A DNA stretch of 64,000 bases from Deltaproteobacteria bacterium CG11_big_fil_rev_8_21_14_0_20_45_16 (GTDB taxonomy: Bacteria > Bdellovibrionota > UBA2394), in contig PCXB01000050.1 of assembly GCA_002787535.1 (NCBI GenBank), positions 8,205-72,204 of the forward strand, in the 5' to 3' direction. Position numbers and translations under genes: made by a program. Positions 9,675 through 16,409 of this stretch are shown here, in pieces. How positions within the stretch are numbered: the stretch's first letter is position 1; the number at the start of each line of letters is the position of its first letter. The notes below the pieces were generated by a model, which saw only the letters and a list, made by a program, of their open reading frames with translations, ran no database searches and had not been told where the DNA came from.

Positions 9675-10055
9675 TTGTGGAGCGCAGCGTTCTCGATTAA
9701 AAGGCTGTTTATGGCGTTTCAAGCAAAACGAAAATATACGAGAAAGACAGGCCGAGAAGCCGTTAAAATCCTCAGCCAACGAGGCGTTGAATATGCGACT
9801 TTTGAGGATATCAGCGCTGGTGGCCTGAAGTTATGGATGGATCGAGCGATAGAAGCTGGTGAAGTTATGCGAGTGGAATTTTTGCTACCTTATGTGGGGC
9901 ACGGCCGACATTTGGGATTAGAAGTCGACGTTCAAGTGGTGCGCTGTATCAAGCGTGATAAAGCCTTTGAAGTAGGCGTCAAATTTTTAAAGCTCACTGA
10001 CTCAGAGTGGCAGCAGCTCGAAACCGCGGTCGACTGTACGAAAGGAAACTTCTAA
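9675..10055 (+). CDS. PilZ-domain c-di-GMP receptor
   Basis: RKYTRKTGR (RxxxR-like) followed by EDISAGGLKL (DxSxGG), the bipartite PilZ c-di-GMP binding signature. The start may be the Met at ~9711. Confidence 0.7.
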   Translation: MWSAAFSIKRLFMAFQAKRKYTRKTGREAVKILSQRGVEYATFEDISAGGLKLWMDRAIEAGEVMRVEFLLPYVGHGRHLGLEVDVQVVRCIKRDKAFEVGVKFLKLTDSEWQQLETAVDCTKGNF

Positions 10056-10081
10056 AATAACAAAAGGGGAGGTATCTCATT

Positions 10082-10804
10082 TTGTTATTTTTGCGACGTT
10101 CACGATTAAGTTCGATCAACTCAGTAACCGTTCTCACAAGTATCTCATGGCTCATTTTAACTGCAGCCTCCCCATGGCAAAACTCAAGCTCGCGGCGTTC
10201 ACCCTGGCAACTGGATGGGCGAGATCCAGATCGTAAAGAAAGACGAGAAAGTTTTTTCAAAGGCTTAAATTTCTTTAATGCTAAAGACGATTCCCCGAAC
10301 ACTCCTGCTACGAGACCTGCCATTCAATCTGACACTTCTTCGATTGAGCCAACTCCAGAGATCAAAGAACTTCCCTGGCAGGATTATCAAAAAGGCTGGA
10401 CGGCGGGCTATGATAGCTTTTTTTATTGGCCGGTTGAAAATCCGAAAATTTCCTCAGGATTTGGTGTGCGAGAAGGGAAGTTTCATGAAGGTTTGGATTT
10501 GCGCGGTGGGAGTGGCCAAAAGATTCGTAGCATTGGCAGCGGACGTGTTGTCTTTAGTGGCGTCATTAATGGTTATGGCCAAACCGTTGTAATTTATCAT
10601 GGCGCGGGATTGAGTAGTGTTTACGCTCACAACCGCGAAAACCTTGTCAAGAAAGGGCAGCTTGTTGAACGTGGAAAAGTGGTCGCGACCGTAGGATCAA
10701 CCGGTCATGCTACAGGTTCACATTTGCATTTCGAAATTCGCAAGAATGGTGAGCCCGAAAACCCGCTTCGATATCAATTTAGAGAGTTGAGTATTAAGGG
10801 TTAA
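10082..10804 (+). CDS. M23 family (LytM-like) peptidoglycan endopeptidase
   Basis: The C-terminal domain carries ...GLDLRGGSGQKIRSIGSGRVVF...GSHLHFEIRKNGEPENP, the HxxxD/HxH metal-site arrangement of M23 peptidases. The N-terminus is ambiguous: a signal-peptide-like ORF sits in another frame (see findings). Confidence 0.75.
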   Translation: MLFLRRSRLSSINSVTVLTSISWLILTAASPWQNSSSRRSPWQLDGRDPDRKERRESFFKGLNFFNAKDDSPNTPATRPAIQSDTSSIEPTPEIKELPWQDYQKGWTAGYDSFFYWPVENPKISSGFGVREGKFHEGLDLRGGSGQKIRSIGSGRVVFSGVINGYGQTVVIYHGAGLSSVYAHNRENLVKKGQLVERGKVVATVGSTGHATGSHLHFEIRKNGEPENPLRYQFRELSIKG

Positions 10805-10839
10805 TCGCGTTGAGTATCGAACCTACTCAAAAGTACGCT

Positions 10840-11394
10840 TCAAAGATTTTTCAGTTGATGGCGTTTACGACGTTCGGATTTTGGGAGCTTCTTGGCTTTG
10901 CCTTTTTTTCTCGTTGATACTTTAGGGAACAAAGGCGCATCGTCGTCTTTGTCTTCGACAAATGGATCAGAAGTTGATTCTTCAAGAGCCCTCATAAGTT
11001 TGGGAATAAAGTCATCGACTTTCATACTTTGACATTGATGAAGCGCGGCGTATTGCAGAACTTGGTTGTCATTCGATATAACCACATAAGCCCCAGGATG
11101 CTTGGCACAGGCTTGACCGATATATTCGTCGGCAGATTCCGAATGAGAGCTAAAAATGCTTTCGACTTCCCCCCAGCGGCTTCGATTCTCGTAGAGGAGA
11201 GAGCTATGAGGGTCAGAGGCATCGAATACGATTTTGATACCTACGGATCGAACACTTTGATAGCTATGTAGTTGAGAGAGAAGCTTGTCTCGTTGATCCT
11301 CAAGACTCGTGAATTTGGCCTTTAGGAGGCCCTTGTTTTGCAGGGCATGCATCAGATTATAACCGTCGATTAAAAGCTGAATCACTATCTTCAA
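10840..11394 (-). CDS. NYN-domain (YacP/LabA-like) predicted RNase
   Basis: An N-terminal LIDGYNLMH motif typical of the YacP/Rae1-type NYN domain, with a lysine-rich C-terminal tail. Confidence 0.6.
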   Translation of the reverse strand: MKIVIQLLIDGYNLMHALQNKGLLKAKFTSLEDQRDKLLSQLHSYQSVRSVGIKIVFDASDPHSSLLYENRSRWGEVESIFSSHSESADEYIGQACAKHPGAYVVISNDNQVLQYAALHQCQSMKVDDFIPKLMRALEESTSDPFVEDKDDDAPLFPKVSTRKKGKAKKLPKSERRKRHQLKNL

Positions 11395-11431
11395 TCATGA
11401 CAGATTTATAAAAACTCGTCTAAACTTTGAA

Positions 11432-11764
11432 ATGATGGATACACCAAGTATCAAGCGCCGCTATCTACGCAAGGATATTGTTGTGCCGGTTCGCTTTGAG
11501 TGGGAGGGTGAGCAGCGCTCCTGTTTGACTACTACCTTAGGTGAGGGTGGGCTTTATGTTCACAGTCTTTTGCCACCGAGTTTGGGGACGCGATTGGAGT
11601 TAGAATTTGATCTTCCCGGTGTTGGTCAAGTGAAAGTGACGGGCGAAGTCAGGCATTCTCTCGAAAATACCTATGGCTCCCTGCCTTCTGGCTTTGGGGT
11701 TCAGTTTTTGGATCTGAGCGAGGCGGATCGCGAAAAGATCATTCAATATGTTACGACCGAGTAA
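11432..11764 (+). CDS. PilZ-domain protein
   Basis: KRRYLRKDIVVPVRF (RxxxR region) and TTLGEGGLYVHS (D/NxSxGG-like), consistent with a single-domain PilZ c-di-GMP binder. Confidence 0.65.
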   Translation: MMDTPSIKRRYLRKDIVVPVRFEWEGEQRSCLTTTLGEGGLYVHSLLPPSLGTRLELEFDLPGVGQVKVTGEVRHSLENTYGSLPSGFGVQFLDLSEADREKIIQYVTTE

Positions 11765-11832
11765 GTCTCGGACCATTTTTTTGTTCTTTTCCGGGCAAAA
11801 TTCGTGTTACTTGAGCGAAGTTCTTATCTGAG

Positions 11833-11903
11833 GGCGGCATGGCCAAGTGGTAAGGCAAGGGTCTGCAAAATCCTCATCGCCGGTTCGAATCCGGCTGCCG
11901 CCT
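11833..11903 (+). tRNA. tRNA-Cys (anticodon GCA)
   Basis: Manual fold of 71 nt. Acceptor GGCGGCA/TGCCGCC (7 bp), D-arm GCC-AAGTGGTAA-GGC, anticodon stem AGGGT/ATCCT with loop CTGCAAA (anticodon GCA), variable loop CATC, T-arm GCCGG-TTCGAAT-CCGGC, discriminator T. CCA is not encoded. Confidence 0.85.
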
Positions 11904-11928
11904 TAATAGCAAGCACATTACAAAATCC
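11893..11928 (+). repeat. Direct repeat copy 1 (36 bp) spanning the 3' end of tRNA-Cys
   Basis: ggctgccgccttaatagcaagcacattacaaaatcc starts in the tRNA acceptor 3' strand. An identical copy lies 98 bp downstream. Confidence 0.8.
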
Positions 11929-11990
11929 TCATCGCCGGATTCGAACCGGGGACCGGTTCGTCCGACCTTTAGGTCGGCCTTTGGCCGAAC

Positions 11991-12026
11991 GGCTGCCGCC
12001 TTAATAGCAAGCACATTACAAAATCC
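11991..12026 (+). repeat. Direct repeat copy 2 (36 bp), att-like duplication of the tRNA-Cys 3' end
   Basis: An exact repeat of 11893-11928. The 62 bp between the copies contains an inverted T-arm-like box (ccggattcgaaccgg) and small hairpins. Confidence 0.8.
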
Positions 12027-12073
12027 GGACCGGTGGAATATGAGTCAAAAGCACATTCCTTAGGAATGTGCTG
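12027..12073. repeat. Conserved hairpin element, copy A (GCACATTCC-TTA-GGAATGTGC)
   Basis: ggaccggtggaatatgagtcaaaagcacattccttaggaatgtgctgg has a perfect 9-bp stem at 12051-12071. On the minus strand the stem is followed by TTTTG, giving a terminator-like context 6 nt after the NTase gene stop. Related copies are at 15010-15068 and 44806-44846. Confidence 0.7.
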
Positions 12074-12076
12074 GCT

Positions 12077-12724
12077 CTATGCCTTTCTATTCAAAAAAGC
12101 TTTTCTTATTTTCTTTGAAGCCTTCACTAGTTGAGATGGCACCAATTTTTCGACTGACAAAGGCACTTCGATTTCCAAGGCAATCATCTGTGAAACTATA
12201 TAGCCAAGATCCGCCTTTGGTTGAGATTCAAAAATTGCCTTTATATCATCAGCGTCTGCAAATCTCGTCGAATCGTTAGACAAAGAATAGAACTTGGCGA
12301 TGATCATATCTTCGAGAGTCAAGCAAGGTATTTCCAAACTGCCAAACTTGAGCACATTGCTTTGAGCTCTATCCAATGCTTTTTGAAACCACGGCATCGC
12401 TGGAAGAATAAAATCAATACCCACATGACCCTCTTTTCTCCCAACCAAAATATAAAGTGGGGATGACTTCCTCCTGACCACATGCTTTGGGCCTCCTTCA
12501 AGATTTGCCTTGCGAGCTTCTCGAATTTGAAGATTGAAGTCCGTCAGAATTTTCCTGGCGGCGCCTTCCGAGCTAGTTTCCGAATAGATCAAGAAATCAA
12601 GATCGTCAGTTGTTCTCTTATTCTTCCGATAGGTCGAGCTCGCCAAGCCTCCCGCGAGAGCAAATAAAAGCCTTTCCTCCCTCAGACGTTCGACCAGAAG
12701 TCTAGCTTGCTCAACGAGATCCAT
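12077..12724 (-). CDS. AbiEii-like nucleotidyltransferase (putative toxin / abortive-infection effector)
   Basis: 215 aa. The N-terminal LFALAGGLASSTYRKNKRTTDDLDFLI matches the hGG-x-A...Y...R-x-[ST]-x-D-[IL]-D-[FL] core of AbiEii/DUF1814-type polymerase-beta-fold NTases. Its start overlaps the stop of the upstream wHTH gene (12724). Confidence 0.6.
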   Translation of the reverse strand: MDLVEQARLLVERLREERLLFALAGGLASSTYRKNKRTTDDLDFLIYSETSSEGAARKILTDFNLQIREARKANLEGGPKHVVRRKSSPLYILVGRKEGHVGIDFILPAMPWFQKALDRAQSNVLKFGSLEIPCLTLEDMIIAKFYSLSNDSTRFADADDIKAIFESQPKADLGYIVSQMIALEIEVPLSVEKLVPSQLVKASKKIRKAFLNRKA

Positions 12725-13116
12725 TAGCGACTCGATGAAAATAATTGATTAACAGATTGTGCAAATTTATGAGCCTTTGTTGCTTCAGGTTGATGCGTGA
12801 TCGATCTAATTTTTATTTCAGATTTTTCAATTTGCGCAAATATATTCTTTAGTTCCTCATAAAGTGGGTGGCTTTGGTCCATCTGAAACAAGCGATTGTG
12901 CTTGGAGGGGGAATCGCGAACAATTTTTTGCTTTGACAGTGCGTCTAGAGCAACGACTACGGATCGGATCGGTAAATTGAGTAGATTTGCGACTGTCCTA
13001 AGCGGGATGGGTTGCGAGTATTGAATCAAAAGTTTTAGTACCTTGAATTTAGCCCTAGAACTAAAAATGTCAGCGATCTCAGTCATTACTTTTGTATTGT
13101 ATAATATTTTATACAA
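12724..13116 (-). CDS. Winged-helix DNA-binding protein (putative AbiEi-like antitoxin/regulator)
   Basis: 130 aa with an HTH-like region (...PLRTVANLLNLPIRSVVVALDALSKQKIV...), the first gene of a two-gene unit with the NTase. The start is either TTG at 13116 or ATG at 13086. A perfect palindrome overlaps the 5' end. Confidence 0.5.
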   Translation of the reverse strand: MYKILYNTKVMTEIADIFSSRAKFKVLKLLIQYSQPIPLRTVANLLNLPIRSVVVALDALSKQKIVRDSPSKHNRLFQMDQSHPLYEELKNIFAQIEKSEIKIRSITHQPEATKAHKFAQSVNQLFSSSR

Positions 13117-13119
13117 TAC
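13094..13119. promoter_or_regulatory. Perfect 11-bp-arm palindrome (GTATTGTATAA-tatt-TTATACAATAC), candidate operator for the wHTH/NTase unit
   Basis: Read directly from the sequence at the 5' end / promoter region of the minus-strand wHTH gene, inside an AT-rich intergenic stretch (13117-13183). Confidence 0.5.
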
Positions 13120-13183
13120 TTCTATAGATCAACATAACATATTAATATCATTATGTTTTAAATAAGATGCGATTTGACAGCTT

Positions 13184-14914
13184 CTACCTTAGGTTCGGTC
13201 GAATACATCCCGGCTGTGGTATGCAGGATCGCACATTCTTCGTGTTTCTTGAATCGACTCCGTACATCGGCACACAAGCGAGCTTCGGGTTATAGGGAGA
13301 CTCAAGAGATACGACCTCCATAGCGCCCCAGCCTTTTGACGTGATCATATCAGCCATTCCATCATTATCGAGATCCGCATAGGTTGGCGGATATCTTTCG
13401 CCAAAAGACGAAGAGGGTGGGATAGCCTTATAGTTTTTGAGAGCAAATGGAAACCCGCGAAGTGACTGACCAAATCGGTTAAAGGCAAACAGCGCATATT
13501 GATGATCTCCGATAGTTGCTGTGCGGAAACTGTTGAGAGCGATCCCGTAAATATCAGGATATCCATCGCCATCAAGATCGGCGACTCCCAAATTTGTCAT
13601 ATAGGAATAAGGAGGAATGGGACTATTCCAGGTATCCCAAATATCTCGTGGAAAACCTGGCAGAAATGTACCGTTGGAATTTGCTGCAAATACTCTGGTC
13701 GAATCTTGATAAACAATCTGCTGGCTTGCCGAGAAGAAATTAACTAATGCCGCATCATGCGAATAAGTATAGGCTTGCTGAGTACGAAAGCGAGATATCT
13801 CTTTCCCTGATTTGCGGTCAAATATGATCATTTCATAAGGGTAGGAGGGTGGAACGGTTACTATTGAGTTGGCGATAAGCTCACGCCTCCCATTGCCATC
13901 AAGATCGCCAATCATCGGGGGCCGCATATTGTTGGGACCCATATCGTTACTCCACTGAAGATTGCCAAAATAATCATAAGAATTTATGCGATTGCCGTAT
14001 CGAACATCGTAAGGATTAACACTTGCAACAATCCCCATAGCATCGACAGCGGGTTCCAAGAATCGATTGCCAACATTCAGTTGAATCGGCCAACCAGAAA
14101 TAGGAGTTCCATCTCCTCGAAATGCGTACAATCTTCGGCCGCCGTCGGGGTGATTGTTACTCCATCCATAATCAGGAATGAGAATATCGCTCTTACCGTT
14201 ATGGTCTAAATCCACCAAAACAGGATGATTCGAATCGCCACCAGAGAATCCAAGATCCGGACGAATTTCGCTTAGAATCTGTCCAGAATTTGACAGAACA
14301 ATAATCCCGCCGTTAACATCCGCCGACTCATTCCGTCCCGTTGCAACAACGATTTCGGGACGGTAGTCGCCAATAACATCAGCGATTCCAACAATAGATA
14401 AATAACCACATAAATAGGGAAAACTAACGGAATCTAAGATGACGGGAAATCCAGGAAGAAGATTGCCTTGCGAATCCCAAGCATAAACTCCCTGAGGAAC
14501 TAAGGTCGCACAATTCCGAGTCATATCCGCACTAAGCAAAACAGACACGATTTGTTTCCGACCATCAAGAAATAAGTCAGCGATCTTTGGCTGAGTAAAG
14601 GTTCCCGAACCGGGGCCGTCAAGCATATAAAGATCGAATTTGTGAACCGGGCCTTGATACGACGTGCTACAAGCCAAACCTTCAGGCGAGAATTGAAGGG
14701 CATCTGGTAAGAACTCGGAATTTTGATGTTCAGTTAGGGATTGAAAGTTCGGAGGTCTTACGGCATTCGATACGGAATTCACTAGGACTTCGTCTTCTCG
14801 CCCCAGTTGAATGAGTGTTTGTAGGTCTGCGGCATTTAGGACGTAACTTTCCAAAAAGCCTGACCCGCTAGTCAGAAAAACTAAATTCAATAGGACTAAA
14901 ATTAGGGGTTTCAT
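13184..14914 (-). CDS. Secreted FG-GAP/integrin-alpha-like beta-propeller repeat protein
   Basis: 576 aa with signal peptide MKPLILVLLNLVFLTSGSG. It has multiple D-x-D-x-D-G Ca-binding-like repeats (DLDHNGKSD, DLDGNGRRE, DLDGDGYPD, DLDNDGMAD) spaced as in FG-GAP/VCBS propellers. Confidence 0.6.
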   Translation of the reverse strand: MKPLILVLLNLVFLTSGSGFLESYVLNAADLQTLIQLGREDEVLVNSVSNAVRPPNFQSLTEHQNSEFLPDALQFSPEGLACSTSYQGPVHKFDLYMLDGPGSGTFTQPKIADLFLDGRKQIVSVLLSADMTRNCATLVPQGVYAWDSQGNLLPGFPVILDSVSFPYLCGYLSIVGIADVIGDYRPEIVVATGRNESADVNGGIIVLSNSGQILSEIRPDLGFSGGDSNHPVLVDLDHNGKSDILIPDYGWSNNHPDGGRRLYAFRGDGTPISGWPIQLNVGNRFLEPAVDAMGIVASVNPYDVRYGNRINSYDYFGNLQWSNDMGPNNMRPPMIGDLDGNGRRELIANSIVTVPPSYPYEMIIFDRKSGKEISRFRTQQAYTYSHDAALVNFFSASQQIVYQDSTRVFAANSNGTFLPGFPRDIWDTWNSPIPPYSYMTNLGVADLDGDGYPDIYGIALNSFRTATIGDHQYALFAFNRFGQSLRGFPFALKNYKAIPPSSSFGERYPPTYADLDNDGMADMITSKGWGAMEVVSLESPYNPKLACVPMYGVDSRNTKNVRSCIPQPGCIRPNLR

Positions 14915-15009
14915 TTTACGACTCCTTCCAATTAATTCAATTTCAGCCTGCCATCGCGCCGTTCTACTAACGACATATCATGGCCTTCCCTGGATGTGCA
15001 TTTGGCTGC

Positions 15010-15068
15010 GGATTCGAACCGGAGACCGGTGGAATATGACTCAGAATTACATTCCAAAGGAATGCTCG
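15010..15068. repeat. Conserved hairpin element, copy B, with T-arm-like box
   Basis: ggattcgaaccggagaccggtggaatatgactcagaattacattccaaaggaatgct aligns base-for-base with the split copy A (box 11937-11956 plus hairpin 12027-12071). It lies immediately after the stop of the minus-strand gene ending at 15071. Confidence 0.65.
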
Positions 15069-15070
15069 AT

Positions 15071-15445
15071 TTAGCGTTTTCTCCGCGTTTTAGATTTCTT
15101 TCGCTCTTTGGGAGTGATGCCCAATCGTCGGTCGGCGCGCTTAATGGCGCGGATTAGTTTTTGTGCTTCCAGCTCAAAGTTTTCACTGTCGGAACTTAAA
15201 TACAACCATTTTTTAAGAATGGGATGTTGTTGCAAACAATCAAACTCACCGAGCAAACTTTCATGATCTTCAAAATCAACTGGAAATAACAGGCCGCGCC
15301 ACGGTGCTTCGGAATCCGCCATCACGAGGACCATCAGTCCGTGCAAATAGATGGCTTTGCAGCCAAACATTCTCTTGGACAAATAGGAATCCAGATCCGT
15401 CAAATCTTCAATTAAATAATCGAGGCTATGAGTGAGAGCGGCCAT
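15071..15445 (-). CDS. TfoX N-terminal-domain-like protein
   Basis: 124 aa. The KRMFGCKAIYLHGLMVLV segment resembles the K-x-MFGG-x-x-x-Y core of the TfoX/Sxy N-domain, and the protein has a basic C-terminal tail. Confidence 0.4.
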   Translation of the reverse strand: MAALTHSLDYLIEDLTDLDSYLSKRMFGCKAIYLHGLMVLVMADSEAPWRGLLFPVDFEDHESLLGEFDCLQQHPILKKWLYLSSDSENFELEAQKLIRAIKRADRRLGITPKERKKSKTRRKR

Positions 15446-15580
15446 AGCTTGGAATTTGCCTCATCAAGGCGATCAAATAAATCTCAAATTTGTTACGACG
15501 CATCACCTGACATTATTTCTATTTTACTTTGAGGAAGTTTGACCACTTGATAGGCTCAATGACGTAGGGAGATTGAATCT

Positions 15581-16282
15581 ATGAGTTTGATGTATGTAGT
15601 ACTGAGCAGTTATTTTATGATTACCGAAATTTCTGATGACGACGGATATTATCGGGTCTGGAGTTCAGATCCCAGCTCGATCTCGGCTGTTGCGAGCGAT
15701 GAGGCTCTTGAGCAAACGATTAAAATTCAGGTCGATCGACTGGCAACAAATGAAACTTGGAAGTTTAAGTTCAAAAGTGGCACGGAATTCCTAACCAAAG
15801 GCCATGGAAGCTTTAGTATCATTCAAAGACTGGAGGCTACCGATGGCACTATGTCTTGTAATCGCGGACTTCCAAGCTATACAACGGTTACCGATTTGGC
15901 GGACATTATTAACTCATGTCCTTTTGTTAGAGCCGTAACTTACAATACTGGAGATGGTTCAAAGCGTCCTTTTGCCTTATCGATTCAGGCGACTTGGCGA
16001 TTGGGCAAAATTCACTCGGATAACACGCCTGGTAAAAATTTCAATTTGAAATTTGTCGGCGAAGGAATGATAACGCGAGTCTTTGAAAATGCTAAACCTT
16101 TGTTTGAGGGGCGTGACGCTAAAATTTATCTCAATGGGGATCTGCATTCTCCCATTTTTTTTGATTCCAACCTAGTCACTGGAATCATTCCAGGCGTGGA
16201 CATTCGCCTTAAGCAGCCGACGACAATGCCGGTCACACTGGTTCATGATAAGTCGAAGGATAAGTACTGCACGCAAGATTGA
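15581..16282 (+). CDS. Hypothetical protein
   Basis: 233 aa ORF with a good RBS (agggag, 8 nt upstream) and no recognisable motifs. Confidence 0.45.
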   Translation: MSLMYVVLSSYFMITEISDDDGYYRVWSSDPSSISAVASDEALEQTIKIQVDRLATNETWKFKFKSGTEFLTKGHGSFSIIQRLEATDGTMSCNRGLPSYTTVTDLADIINSCPFVRAVTYNTGDGSKRPFALSIQATWRLGKIHSDNTPGKNFNLKFVGEGMITRVFENAKPLFEGRDAKIYLNGDLHSPIFFDSNLVTGIIPGVDIRLKQPTTMPVTLVHDKSKDKYCTQD

Positions 16283-16409
16283 AGTTTAGTGGTTCTAACT
16301 GTCCTATGAATACCTTTATGACATTGCAAAATGTCGCGACCCAGGCTGAGACTTGAAGCTAAGCCCCTGAAATTATTGCAGTGATTAACATACTCGTAAG
16401 GCACGAAAA

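Noticed and set aside
11804-12004. 66-aa ORF overlapping tRNA-Cys and the direct repeats
   Set aside because: It lies entirely over a structural RNA and repeats, has no RBS, and its composition reflects the tRNA sequence. It is spurious.
15003-15070. Possible tRNA gene on the minus strand (T-arm-like ccggttcgaatcc plus adjacent hairpin)
   Set aside because: A cloverleaf cannot be folded. There is no 7-bp acceptor pairing, no proper 5-bp T-stem and no D-arm, and the hairpin loop is only 3 nt. It is better explained as a tRNA 3'-fragment or repeat module.
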